A stretch of 64,000 nucleotides of DNA from Macrostomum lignano (Eukaryota), in contig NIVC01002716.1 of NCBI GenBank assembly GCA_002269645.1, positions 13,450-77,449 on the forward strand, written 5' to 3'. Shown piece by piece: positions 41,001 through 53,736 of the stretch (position 1 is its first letter; each line of letters opens with the position of its first letter). The translations under genes were made by a program, and so were the position numbers. Under the pieces are notes generated by a model that saw only the letters and a list, made by a program, of their open reading frames with translations, had not been told where the DNA came from and did no database searches.

Positions 41001-44000
41001 TGGTTACACAGGTAACAGCACAGGTGGTTACACAGGTAACAGCACAGGTGGTTTCACAGGTAACAGGAGAGGTGGTTACACAGGTAACAGCACAGGTGGT
41101 TACACAGGTAACAGCAGAGGTGGTTACACAGGTAACAGCACAAGTGGTTACACAGGTAACAGCACAGGTGGCTTCACAGGTAACAGCACAGGTGGTTACA
41201 CAGGTAACAGCACAGGTGGTTACACAGGTAACAGCACAGGTGGTTTCACAGGTAACAGCACAGGTGGTTTCACAGGTAACAGCACAGGTGGTTACACAGG
41301 TAACAGCACAGGTGGTTACACAGGTAACAGCACAGGTGGTTACACAGGTAACAGCACAGATAGTTACACAGTTAACAGCACAGGTGGTTACACAGGTAAC
41401 AGCACAGGTGGTTACACAGGTAAAAGCACAGGTAGTTTCACAGGTAACAGCACAGGTGGTTACACAGGTAACAGCAGAGGTGGTTACACAGGTAACAGCA
41501 CAAGTGGTTACACAGGTAACAGCACAGGTGGTTTCACAGGTAACAGCACAGGTGGTTACACAGGTAACAGCACAGGTGGTTACACAGGTAACAGCACAGG
41601 TGGTTTCACAGGTAACAGCACAGGTGGTTACACAGGTAACAGCACAGGTGGTTTCACAGGTAACAGCACAGGTGGTTACACAGGTAACAGCACAGGTGGT
41701 TACACAGTTAACAGCACAGGTGGTTTCACAGGTAACAGCACAGGTGGTTACACAGGTAACAGCACAGGTGGTTACACAGGTAACAGCACAGGTGGTTTCA
41801 CAGGTAACAGCACAGGTGGTTACACAGGTAACAGCACAGGTGGTTACACAGGTAACAGCACAGGTGGTTTCACAGGTAACAGCACAGGTGGTTACACAGG
41901 TAACAGCACAGGTGGTTACACAGTTAACAGCACAGGTGGTTTCACAGGTAACAGCACAGGTGGTTACACAGGTAACAGCACAGGTGGTTACACAGGTAAC
42001 AGCACAGGTGGTTACACAGGTAACAGCACAGATAGTTACACAGTTAACAGCACAGGTGGTTACACAGGTAACAGCAGAGGTGGTTACACAGGTAACAGCA
42101 CAGGTAGTTTCACAGGTAACAGCACAGGTGGTTACACAGGTAACAGCACAGGTGGTTACACAGGTAACAGCACAGGTGGTTACACAGGTAACAGCACAGG
42201 TGGTTACACAGGTAACAGCACAGGTGGTTACACAGGTAACAGCACAGGTGGTTACACAGGTAACAGCACAGGTGGTTACACAGGTAACAGCACAGGTGGT
42301 TACACAGGTAACAGCACAGGTGGTTACACAGGTAACAGCACAGGTGGTTACACAGGTAACAGCACAGGTGGTTACACAGTTAACAGCACAGGTGGTTACA
42401 CAGGTAGCAGCACAGGTGGTTACACAGGTAACAGCACAGGTAGTTTCACAGGTGCCCCATACCCAGCAAGCAGGTGGCCATGCATAGCATGCACAGCGGG
42501 CTCCAAGGCGCCGGGTCCGGCCAAGGCATCCGCAGTGAGGCTGGCCGCGTCGGCCAGGTGTCCGGAGCGGGCCAGCATGCCGGCCAGACAGAGCAGCGGC
42601 ACGTCCCTGTAGTTGTCCGGCGCCAGGAAGATCGCGCGGCGCAGACAATCGACGCTGCGTCTTGGACTGGCTCGGACGCGCCAAAAAGCACCGGCCAGGG
42701 TGAACAGCGCCCACTGCGGGCCGCCCCGGCCGGAGCGCAGGCCAGTCAGCAGGCGCTGTCCGAGATCGTCCAGGTGCATGCGGAGTGACAGGCCGCCAAG
42801 CAGCGGCTCGGCCGGCTCCGGCTGCATGGAAGCAAAGCCGTCCATTGGCTGGCGCTGCTGATGACGGCTGCTGGACGCAGACGATTGCTGGCCCACGGAC
42901 GGGTCGGCGGCCCGGGCGAGTTTCACAGCCTCCAAGTGGTCGCCTGTGAGCCGGCTGGGCTGCGGATCCGGGAACTCGGAGCAGTCTGGCGGATACCTGA
43001 AGTGGCCAAGGCGAATGGAACCAACAGTTGCTAAGGGAAATGCTTTGGAACCAACCGTTGCTAAGGGAAATGCTTTGGAACCAACCTTTGCGAAGGCGAA
43101 TGATTTGGAGCCAACCGTTGCTAAGGGGAATGATTTAGAACCAACCGTTGCTAAGGGGAATGCTCGCTATCACCGGTTTGCTAAGGTGCATTGCCTCGTT
43201 ATTAACGGTTGCTAAGATGCATAGCTTCGCTATCAACGGTTGCTAAGGACCATAGCTTCGCTATCAACGGTTGCTAAGGACCACAGCTTCGCTATCAACG
43301 GTTGCTAAGGACCATAGCTTTGCTTTCAACGGTTGCCAAGGTGCAGTGCTCAGACTTACCAGGGCAGCGGGTGCTCGTCGCCAATCCGAATGCCCAGGCC
43401 GTCAGTCAGCATGGCAACGGATTCGAATCCTTTGTTCTCCAGAGGCACATGCTCCGAAGGCACGGACTGCAGGTCGCTGCCACTGGTCTCGCCGTGGGAT
43501 CTGCACTCGGACGGCGAAGGGAAGGCGCTGGCGTTAACCAGGTAGCGCAGAGCTTCGGGCAGGTCGATTCTTGGTGCTTGGTGCACAGGCGGTCGGCGCG
43601 GCTGGCTGAAGTCCGCCGCCGACGGCTGCAGGCTTGGCGAAGACGCCGAAGACGAGGCGGCGGCGGCGGTCGGTTGAGCGGCTGGCGACAAAGACGGATG
43701 CCGGGCAAGGTACTCCTGGTAGGCGGCCTCTGAGGCTTTACGGGCCTGCGCAGATCCGGCAGAAAAAAATTTCGGATAGCAAAACACTTGCTTACATACC
43801 AATGCTCGCTGGTAGTGGTCTAGGATACTACTGTCCTCTATTACTCATACTTGGGGGAGCTGCGCGAGGAGGGGAGAAGAGGGACGTTAGAGACAGGATT
43901 GGGAACATCGAGAGGAGGGGAGGGAGAGGAAAAGGAGGCAGATGAGGCAGATGAGGAAGAGGGGAGGATGGTAGAAGGGAGAGGATGGGGAGAAGGGAGA

Positions 44001-46256
44001 GGATGGGGATGAGAGAGAGGATGGGGGAGAGGGAGAGGAAGGAGAGGAGGGGGAGAGGATAGGGAGAAGGGAGAGGTGGGGAGAGGAGAGGAGAGAAGGT
44101 CCGCTCACCTGCAGAGGCGCAACCTCGCTGGCCGCGAGCTCCTTAGCCCTGGCCAGCGCCTCGGACCTCGCATGGAAGCGCTGGACGCGCGCCATCGCGG
44201 CGCCAACCTGACGGTTCTGCTGGCGCAGGCTGGATTCGAGGCCAAGCTGGCAGCGAACTGCGGCCGCTTTGCGCTGAGCGTCGGCGCGCAAAGCTAAAAC
44301 GGCGCCGGCCGAAGGCGCCGCTTTGCTGGTGAGGCTGCTGTCGGACGGAGTCGCCTCAGGAAGCGACGGCTTCTCGGCTTTCCCAGACTTTTTATCGCCA
44401 GTGGCTGGCTGCTGCTGCTGCTGTTTCTCCGCGGCCGGCGGCGAGCTCAGCGGCAAAGCCAGGGCGGACTGGAGAAAAAAGGCGAACAAAATATTTCCAT
44501 TTTTACTGACAGTAGAGCAGTGTGAAAACTTATCTATGACTGTCACAAATAGTAAATACACATTTAATAGACGAATTAAATAAACGGGAAAATGTGTTTT
44601 GTTCTACTGCAAGTAGACAGCATGGAGCATCACCTAATTTTAGAAAGACCGAAAATTCTCATTTTGCCTGTAGCTTTCAATAAAGGCTGCCAGGCTCACC
44701 TGATAAGCCCGCAGAGCGGCTGGAAAGTCGGCCAGCAGAGTCAGCACGTTGCCTAGCAACATGTAGGCCGCCTGGGAGCGCGAATTTATAGCCAGAGCGG
44801 AGCGCAGCACAGTCAAAGCGTCGGAGTGGCGCTTAGCGGCGTGCAGGAGGCTGGCGAGGTTCAGCAGCACCGCGTCTCGGCTGTGGTGGCTGCAGCGACG
44901 GGGAGGCACTGGATGCACCGTGCTGACGAGTTTAGGCAGGCAGACAGACAGACAAACAGGCAGACAGACAGAGAAAGATAAACAGACAGACAGGCAGACA
45001 GACAGACAAACAGGCAGACAGACAGAGAAAGAGAGGCAGACAGACAGGCAGACAGACAGACGCACCTGGCAAGCCGCAGGGCCCGCAGCGCACACTCGGC
45101 AGCCCTGGGCGCGTCCCCCTTGATCCGCCAGTAGTAGCTGGCCATGTTGTGCAGGTGCCAGGAGCTGGCGTTGGCCGCCATGGCCTCCCGATGAGGTGTC
45201 CGTATTGGTCCGGCGTCAGGCCGCCCGGCACGGCCGTCCGGTACAGGAAAATGTCGGGCGGAGCCTCCAATTCGGCGCGGTGGCGCACCGAGGCCACGTG
45301 CTCAAGCGAGTCCATTGAGAAGGGCAGCTCCATGGCAGCCTCGCAGTCGGGCACCTGGACAGGCCGGGGGGGAGGAAGGGCAGGGTGGATATGAAGGATA
45401 CTCGACTGAGAAGGACAAGAACGAGACAGACACAAAACTCTGAAGATGAGACATAGAGAAAGGCCAAAAAGACAAGCAAAAGAACCTTAAAGAAAACACA
45501 TTGGGATGGGATCAAGTGCAAAGCGGTTGAGCCAGACAAGTAGGCAGACAAAAGTGCAAGTTCAGACAAAAGTGCAAGGCGGGTCAGCTAGACAAGTAGG
45601 CAGACAAAAGTGCAAGTTCAGACAAAAGTGCAAGGCGGGTCAGCTAGACAAGTAGGCAGACAAAAGTGCAAGTTCAGACAAAAGTGCAAGGCGGGTCAGC
45701 TAGACAAGTAGGCAGGCAAAAGTGCAAGGCGGGTCAGCCAGACAAGTAGGCAGACAAAAGTGCAAGTTCAGACAAAAGTGCAAGGTGGGAGGCGCACCAG
45801 CAGGCTGACGGCTCGCCAGGCTGTGTCGGGCTTGGCCCCCAGATCCAGGCCCGGGTCCAGGGGCACGGACACGAACAAGTCGAGGTCCTGCAGCGGCTTC
45901 CCGGCGGCTACGCAGTCGGCGTTGCTCCGCTGAAACTGTTCAACAAAAGCGTCGTCCTTGGCCGGCATGGACTCCAGCGTGGCGTCGGACTCGGCCAGCT
46001 CGCGCTCCAGGCTGTCCAGCAGCTGCAGCCGCTCCCACTGGCGCAGCCACTCGGCCAGGTCGGCCGGCCGGCGCATGGACAGCCGGGATTGCTCGGCCGG
46101 CAGCGGCTGCGGCAGGCCGCCATCTGGGGAGGCCACCCAGTGGGTTGAGGCCGATGCGGGCAAAGGATGAGGAGGCCAGACTGGCTGGATGAGCAGCAGC
46201 AGCAGCTGCACCAGGTACTGCAGTGGCTTTGACTGCTGCAGATTTAAGGATGGCAA
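36855..46256 (-). CDS. TTC17: Tetratricopeptide repeat protein 17; exons about 46240-45798, 45354-45066, 44889-44700, 44468-44109, 43745-43360, 42996-42463, 39458-39156, 38519-38226, 37890-36855; ATG not located; one apparent 1-bp frameshift at about 45188
   Basis: STHWVASPDG..MRRPADL..DCVAAGKPLQDLDLF; VPDCEAAMELPFSMDSLEHV; SSWHLHNMASYYWRIKG..AECALRAL; DAVLLNLASLLH; YRDVPLLCLAGML. These match recalled TTC17 motifs (THWVVTEDG, SSWVLYNMASFYWRIK); GT-AG junctions identified. Confidence 0.85.
37920..38220 (+). repeat. (GACA)n followed by a 21-bp (GGACAGCGGACAACAGAAAGT) repeat in a TTC17 intron
   Basis: Direct reading. Confidence 0.9.
38700..39130 (+). repeat. 23-25-bp minisatellite (CCCCGGACACAGCCGCCCAGCTACT / ...GCACAGATA) in a TTC17 intron
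   Basis: Direct reading. Confidence 0.9.
39595..39829 (+). mobile_element. tRNA-derived SINE
   Basis: A box TAGCTCAGTGG, B box GAGTTCGATTC, core TGTGTCCTTGAGCAAGAC..TTGCTTCAGTTCACTCAGCTGT.AAATGGGT; second full copy at 53514-53736 (-). Confidence 0.9.
39848..42452 (+). repeat. 24-bp satellite (ACAGGTAACAGCACAGGTGGTTAC)n, about 2.6 kb, in a TTC17 intron
   Basis: Direct tandem repeat; source of the 910-aa and 990-aa repeat ORFs. Confidence 0.98.
43018..43340 (+). repeat. Two adjacent 30/31-bp tandem arrays sharing GTTGCTAAG, in a TTC17 intron
   Basis: GAACCAACCGTTGCTAAGGG... about 5 copies; GCTATCAACGGTTGCTAAGGACCA... about 4 copies. Confidence 0.85.
43855..44100 (+). repeat. Purine-rich low-complexity intron
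   Basis: GGAGAGGA-type runs between TTC17 exons. Confidence 0.75.
44935..45062 (+). repeat. (GACA)n microsatellite intron
   Basis: Direct reading. Confidence 0.95.
45534..45786 (+). repeat. 56-bp composite tandem repeat in a TTC17 intron
   Basis: AGACAAGTAGGCAGACAAAAGTGCAAG... copies start at 45534 and 45590 and continue. Confidence 0.9.
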
Positions 46257-46329
46257 AAATTTGGTTGCATCGTTTCTTCTCTAGAGCTCAGCAGTGCTAT
46301 GCTGTGATCAAGGCTATGGCTATAGACTA

Positions 46330-46450
46330 TGGCAACTTTAGTAAAATGGCTCAAGAGTACAAGACTCTGAAACCTGCAGTTGCTTTAGTTCACCAAGCTA
46401 TAGAATGGATACCAGCATTAGCTGGGATAATTGACAGTGTGCACGTATGT
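46330..46450 (+). mobile_element. Degenerate fragment of the same SINE family
   Basis: TTGCTTTAGTTCACCAAGCTATAGAATGGATACCAGCATTAGCTGGGATAATTGA matches the SINE core. Confidence 0.7.
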
Positions 46451-46914
46451 GGTGAGTAGCCATGTGAGTAGCCATGCACTGCTTAATAGCTACAAGCTAC
46501 ATAATATGCAATAGCATATCTGCCTTTTAGGAGATATTTAATCAATTATTGTTATTATTACTATTATTAGCATATAATTTCTTTTTATTAGCACTTCTTT
46601 GTTGATAGTTTTTTATTAATTAAAATATGTTAACATTGCATTTTCTATGAAACAGATTAAAATAAAAGTTTTATTGGTATTTTTCAAATGGAAAATACTG
46701 ATTCTTGTGTTTTTGTATTTTTCAAAAAGTTCTAGCACAGTGCAAGCAGACTTCTTTGAATAGGAATAGTTTTAGTACATGTAGCCACCAAACTTTTTTA
46801 ATAATATTTTTCTGGCACATGGCAAAATCAAACTTATTTGATAGGATTTGTTCTAGTGTAGGCATGCCATGATCCTGACTATGGAATCTATGTACTGTCC
46901 ATTAGAGGTGTCAT

Positions 46915-47470
46915 TAGAGCTTGACAACATGAGATTCAAGATGAGATCTTGAAATTTTTTCTCATCTCAAGAAATCTCAACTTTTGTGAAAAGTTTCGAG
47001 ATGAGATTTGAGAAATTGAGAAATTTTTTAGATTGCTAAAAACAAAATTTTTGATTAAGAAAGTATATGAAAAGGCAAGATTTTTTTCAAAACACCTAAA
47101 TACTATTGTTGAACCTGTGCTTTTTGTTTGAATATTTTAGCAAGACGATTTTGAAATGGATAAATTCTGTGATAGGTTAGGTTAGTTGAGCAGTTTTATA
47201 TCATTGTAATAAATGCAAACATAATTATAAATTCTAACATATAAACTTGTTCTAATACACATTTTTGTTATCGTTATAGTCTTGCAACAAGGTGATTCAG
47301 TAGTAAACTCAAAGGATCTGCTGATCTTATGGTGTATTTGTTATAATGAGATAAATTATATTTTCAAATATTTTTTTAATCTTATCCCATCTTGTCTCAA
47401 AATTTCTCAACTTCAGACTTTTTTGTCTCAAATTTCATCTTAGTCCAAATCTCAATTTCTGATAGCTCTA
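46915..47470. mobile_element. Possible old MITE (TAGAGCT...AGCTCTA) with TGAGA/TCTCA subterminal repeats
   Basis: Short inverted termini and mirrored GAGAT/ATCTC motif clusters; no TSD found. Confidence 0.4.
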
Positions 47471-50254
47471 CTATCTATGCATGCACTATTCAATTTCCTA
47501 ACCTAGGCTATAGAGTATATAAAACATGCATATAAATCAAGCATTTTAAAATACAAGTTAAATGAAGAAATAATGATATTTTATAATAAATTTTCTACAA
47601 TAAGTTATATGCGACATATACCAAGTCCAAGGACCTGCAACCATGCAATGTCTATTGTGATATCTATCTCAAATGCATCAGTGACACGGTGACACCTTGT
47701 GAATACCAGATTTATTTAAGGGAAAAGGCCACCTACAATAACTAAATACAATATAGCCTATCATTGCTATATTAAAATGGCTTATCAAGATCTAAAATTA
47801 GGAAAAGGCCTATAGTATAGGCTATAGAGAAAAGTCATACTAGACTTCCACTTAGAGACTTGGAATGTCTCCAATGTCTCCACTTAGAGCATTACAGTGA
47901 CTTTAGCCAATGGATCAAACAATGAAGCTAATATATTATATTAATTAGCTAAAAATTTAAAATATTATATCAAAAATTAAAATGATTGTTTAATTTACCT
48001 ATCGTATAAAATTTGCAACTTTCTTAATTTTCTAAAATTGTTCTATTGCCTTGCTATATAATCTTAATAATATACTTTAGGCCTATTGTTTACTTAATTG
48101 ACTCAAGAGTCAAGAGTCAATATAAAAAGTCAAGAGGTAAAATAAGAAAGAGAGAAGAGAGTGGAATTAGATAGAAAGAAGAGGGATAAAAATAGCTCTA
48201 GGACTGATAGGTCTGTAGGTAAGAAAGTAAGCCACCCCCTTCCTTATTCTCTCTCTACCCAAAACCCTAATCCAGTACGTCGACGGTCGACAAGCGATAA
48301 ATGCATAGTTCTCTGTAAGTTAAAAATGATTGTTGTACGTCGAAACATTTTCTTTGAAACTAGAGCATCATAACAAAACTCTAAGAAAATGAAATCTTTC
48401 GCGTTTTAATAACAAAAATAAAAAAATCACATCAGTTGATTTTAAAACTTTAGTGACCATGTTAGCTTTGAAATATAATAGGAAATAAACGCGGAGATGA
48501 AACCGGAATTATTATGTATTATTTGATACATTAATTAAATGTTTTGTGGTTAAGTAGAAGATTCAGCATCACATGCCTTTTGGGAGCTATTTTAATATTT
48601 TTCCCCCGTAACCCTAGTGGCCCTCGTGATTTACGAGTACCCGAATAACTGCCTCAAAAGCAAATTTATATAATCTCATTCTCATATAAAACATGGATAA
48701 ACATTTTACCATTTTACCATTTTGAATAATTCCAAATATAATCTTGGAGAACGCATATAATGTCTAGGAAATGTTTAAATATATGTTTTATTGAATACAA
48801 TTGTTATGTAAGTCGTTAATAAAAATTCATTTTATATAATATATGTTACTAACGATTACGTTGAACATTTGACGAAAGGACAGCTATCTTGTCTTATGGC
48901 TTAAGCATTGCAATATTAGTGCACTTCGACAGAAAATCAGATAATTAATGTACGATCCGTCCGATAAAAGTAATCCTAAATTGTTGGAATGCATGTACGG
49001 TGGTTCTTCAAAAATATTATGCAATGTCAAACTTTCACGACTACGATTTGTGTGCTTACATGTACATGCATCTTGTACAGCTGCATGGTTACTACGAGTT
49101 CAGAGCTTCTGGTTATTATAGCGCTGTTGTCTAAATGTCATGATTTGGCCAGCCTCCTCATGCCCCCATGCACTATCCATTTGTCTGTAGCGCTGGCTAC
49201 CAAAAGATAAAGATGATTAATTAAGTTGAGCGAAAGGTTAAATTACCTCGGCTGGGGGGCGATCGCGTCTATTTAATAAAAATAAAGTACAGTTAGTTTG
49301 GGGCGGAAACCGAAAGTTGGAGTTTGGGTCATAGACAACCTAGCTTGTGGGCACTCAAAAGAAAGTACTTTTATTACGCAAGGACAGTGGGAAACAAGGC
49401 GCTACATGTGTATGGCCAGAAGCTATCTTCACCAATAACTCGACCGTGCGGTAAATTCCATTGTCTGTGATTGATGGGGAAGTCAACGAAGTGAAAAGTG
49501 CAACGACAATCAAGCTTATATAAACTGCTACAATTTTTATCTGTTGCTAGCTAAAGCCTATTAAAGTTGCAAGTTCAATACATTGATGTTTGATACATGA
49601 AAATAGTGTAATATGTACCCCGACAATTAAGTTCTGGGTTCTGCAAATAAGTTATGAGATATATTTAATTTAGAGATTATATGCATGTGCTGCACATGCG
49701 AACCGCGAATGCGGCGTTCTGAATAAACGATACATTTATAGATTTATTCGTCCCTGTATGGTGCCTGCGCATTGCATGCTTCGTGCAGTACACACGGTAC
49801 GTATCAATTCGATTGAACGAAGTGAGCATCTATACATTTAAAAACACGTTCGAGATTAATAAATTCTGCTCTGTGAAACAGATTCCGTTCAAACCGCTAA
49901 AAACGACTCAAAAATAGATATGATACGCACTCATACTGTACGTGCCTGTGCACATGCTAGAAAATTAACAGACGACACCAGATTTTACGTACTGTACGTA
50001 AGGGTAAAAAAGCTGGGGGCTTTTGTACACGGCCCATACATGTAGGCCACACATGTACACATGTACGTGTACAACTGTACAAATACATGTACATATAAAA
50101 CTTTTATAGCTCGTACAAGTACAATAAAACCGCGAAAATGGATTTATAAAAATATTTGCAGCTCTAAAACTTTTATAAGCTCTTCAAAGCTCTTCAAAGA
50201 AGCGGAGAGTGTGCTAATAAGTTTGAAGTTCAATAAGTTAGCCATTACATGTAT

Positions 50255-52813
50255 TTATTGCTTACGGTATCGTCCAAAGAAGCTGCTGTCAGAGTTCTGC
50301 TTCTGTTGCTGCTCTTCCTGCTGCTGCTGTTGCTGCTGCTGAACTTCTTCATCAATTCGCAGGTTCAAGCTCTCCCTCAGCTTGGTGCAGTCCGCTTTGT
50401 ACTTCTCCTTGTCTGCTCTCTCTTGGGCGAAGTCTCGCTCATAGTCTTTTAAGGTTGACTGCAGCAGATTTTTTGTATCCTCATTTTGTTTCAGCTCCTG
50501 CTGAGCCTCCTCAAGCTTCGCCTGCAGCTGGGTCAGCCTGGTCTCAAGTCTCTTGCATTCGTCCTTCTTGCGACAAATATCCTGCTGCAGCTCTCGGTCC
50601 CCCTGCTCCAGCTGGTCCAAACGGCGCTGCCGCTGTTCCAAGCACTCGCGCATTCGTTCAGCGGTGCTGAGGGCCGAGTCTCGCTGCTGCTGCGCCTGCT
50701 GCACCTGCTCCGCGGTGGACTTGCGCTCCGAGTCCAGCGATGCGCGCAGCTGGCGGATCTGCTCGTCAGCTACCGACCGAGACTGGAAGTGGGAGGGATG
50801 GGAGAGATGTAGGACCATTTTTGTAATTAATGTTTTCCCATGCTATCTTTCGAGGCATCCTTGTGCATCCAAGCCACACCATAAGTCTCAATTTATTATC
50901 ACCTGCTCCGCCTCCTTTCTCTTCCACGTCTCTTCATTCATTCTTTGATAGAGCCGCTCCTCTCGCTGTTTGAGCTCGGCAACGCGAACGTCGTGCTCAT
51001 CGGCCTGAGCCCTATGCCGATCCAGCAGCTCGTCAGCTCTCGCTCGGTAATTATTCTCCTGCAAATGTTGCAGCAGAGAGCAATAAAGTATCTAGGACTT
51101 ATCTATGCAGTTAATTGATGCTCCCTAAGAGTCCTCAGTCAAGAAGCCACCTACGCTTGTGCATGCGCATGTACTTAGAAGCCTAAGTTGTCGAAGTTAA
51201 CGAACACCGTCAACCACCTTACCCTCTCCTGGCAAGCCGACAGCTCTTGCTGCTTGTCAGCAAGTTCCCTCTCGGCTGCAGACAACTTCCGCTGCTTATC
51301 TGCCAGTGAATCTTCTGCAACCGACAGCTTCCGCCGATTATCTGCCAGTGCTTCTTCGGCGGAAGACAGCTTCCGTTGCTTATCTGCCAGTGCTTCTTCG
51401 GCAGAAGACAGCTTCTGCTGCAAATTTGCTTCCGTCTCGGCCAGTTTTTTCTGCAGCCTTCTATCCGACTGTTCCATTTCTTCCAACTTCTTCTGAACTT
51501 CAGTCAGCGACTTTCGCAGCGCCTCCTCGGTGCTTTGTTGCGTGTCCAGCTCTCGCTGCAGCCGTTGGACCTCCTGGCTGGTGGAGGTGGCTCTATCCGA
51601 TGCCTGCTTCAGCTGCTCCTTACAGGCGCTGAGCTTGGCCGCCTTGGTGTCCGCCTCCTTCCGAGCCATGCCCAGCTCGATTGCCTGGCTTTCCTTGGCT
51701 TTGCTGTGAAAAAAATTGAGTGTGAGTTTTAGGTGGACACTTCAGGAACGCTGCTTTAAATAATCAGACTGTAAATAAATCGATGATATGGTAGATTGTG
51801 TCAGATGGTGCATCCTCACCTCAGCAGATTTCGCTCCTCTTTCAGCTCGGCCTCTAGTTTGAGTATCCGATGTTTCAGCCTATCTGACTCGCTACTGCTC
51901 TGCTCTCGCCTGCGGGAAACGGGTGGCTCAATTTTCAGCAATGTTCCGGACATGGTCAGAAATATAGGACTTGAGTAATAAAAAATTCCCAAAAGAGCTG
52001 AGCACCCACTGCGTGTTTCGCTCGGCATTGAATTGTTCCTGCAGCTGCTCCAAGCGCAGGTTCAGCACCACGACTTTGCGATTTGCATCGGCGAGTCTTT
52101 GAAAAGGGTGTCGATATATTATGGAACGTTTAATCGTTATAATCACACATAAAACAAGAGTAAAAACAAAAATGCCCCACTCACTGCTTCTGGAGGTCAT
52201 CATTCGTCGCCTTCAACGCACGAAGCTCTTCGCTCCCGAGCGCAGCTGGAGCTTCTGCTGATGGACGCGCTTCCACGCTTGGCTCGAGCGTACTTTCACC
52301 TTGGGAAGAATCTGACAGGAGCTCGTGCAGGAGGTCTTTGATTTGTAAATCATAATCTGACTTTGTCTTTTCTAACTGATGCTCGGCCTCAGCCAGCTTC
52401 TGATTGAGCTGCTCCAACTCTGCCGCGTGTTTTGCCTTCAAATCGTTCTCGGACTTCAGGTTGAAAGCGCAGATGGCGTCCATCTGCTTCTTGCACGTCT
52501 GCTTCTCCGTTGCCAGCGCCTTCTCATGCTGCTCCACCAGAGCCGCGCGGTCAGCTTGGTGGGAGTTTTGAAGCTGCTCAATTTCAACTCTGTGCTTTTC
52601 CTGCTCAGCAGACAGATCTTCTTTAAACTGAGCGCTCGATTCGTCTCTCTGCTTTTCTAGGGCCTCTGCATGCTGACGTTTGAGCTCGGCGATCTCCAGC
52701 TTCTGCTGCTCAACTACCGCTTCTTGAGTTCGGTTTCGCTCTTCCAGCCTAGCTTTTTCTGCTTTAAAATTCTTTAGCTGAGCAGCCAACTGTTGAATTG
52801 GATTGGCAGTCAT
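50255..52813 (-). CDS. Long coiled-coil protein with a C-terminal UBAN-like motif (NEMO/optineurin/ABIN family-like); 6 exons (52813-52185, 52096-52010, 51909-51820, 51703-51223, 51058-50903, 50782-50255), 656 aa
   Basis: All five GT-AG junctions join in frame (1971 nt). LQSTLKDYERDFAQERADKEKY resembles ABIN2 YKDDFMSERADRERA and NEMO YKADFQAERQARE; five 14-aa internal repeats in exon 4; polyQ tail. Confidence 0.8.
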
Positions 52814-53513
52814 GGTTGTACTTGTTGAAGGGTGGTCAGGCAATCAAGTTTTATGTAGCGAGCTCAAATTCAGCTACCTGTCCTACTCAAATATTCAGTT
52901 TTCGCTTTAAAATATTTGGTTATTTTGTAACCAATTCCCCAAACGAGAATTGAGGGACCTACAAGGCACTAAAAGCAGAGTAGCTTCGTATGCTTTTTAC
53001 GTCATAAAATTTTCTGGAAATAAGGTACTGTCTCAGTACAGCAAGCAAGCACTGCACTTCATTGGTCTGAGAGCGCGCATAAGCAAAGCCACAAGAAGTG
53101 TACTTCTTGCGCGGAGAACAGCCGAGTGTACACTGGTCCCGTCTGTTTCCAATTTAACGCACTGCTAAATGTACACACCTAGCCCGAGGACTGTACTGTT
53201 TTAGTGCCTTGTTTCTGCATTGCTGCATTGCGCGGAAAACTCACTGGTTTAAACTGGTGCCATTCTCCCTCCTTTTTGATAAACAGATCTGAAGTGTAGT
53301 TCGCGGGTCGGCTATCGATCAAACACATTTTAGTTGAATTCGGGTTGTGAAATATAAAAAATTGGTTTTGGGAGGCAGGATGCCATACATGACTTTTTCA
53401 TGAATAGATGCTGGATATACTGAAACTGCAGCTAAGCTTGCTCTTTCTCTGAATTAAAAATTTATATAATTACTTAATTAATATACAATTAATATTCAGC
53501 TATAGCGCGGCGC

Positions 53514-53736
53514 ATCTGAAGGCTGCATACGGCTGTTCAGTCCAAGGACTGGGGGTCGCCACACACACCTTCAATTACCCCAGCTAATGCTGGCACCCAT
53601 TTTACAGCTGAGTGAACTGAAGCAATGCAGAGTTACGTGTCTTGCTCAAGAACACAAATTGTTCCAGTGGGATCAGGAATCGAGCCACCGACTTTCAAGT
53701 CGGGAGTCCGACGCTCTGACTACTAGGCTACAATCC
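53514..53736 (-). mobile_element. tRNA-derived SINE (same family as 39595-39829)
   Basis: Reverse complement aligns along its whole length with the 39595 copy. Confidence 0.9.

Noticed and set aside
39742-42714. 990-aa Cys/Thr-rich and 910-aa VTQVTAQV ORFs
   Set aside because: Stop-free translations of a 24-bp intronic satellite; the minus-strand ORF is out of frame with the TTC17 exon
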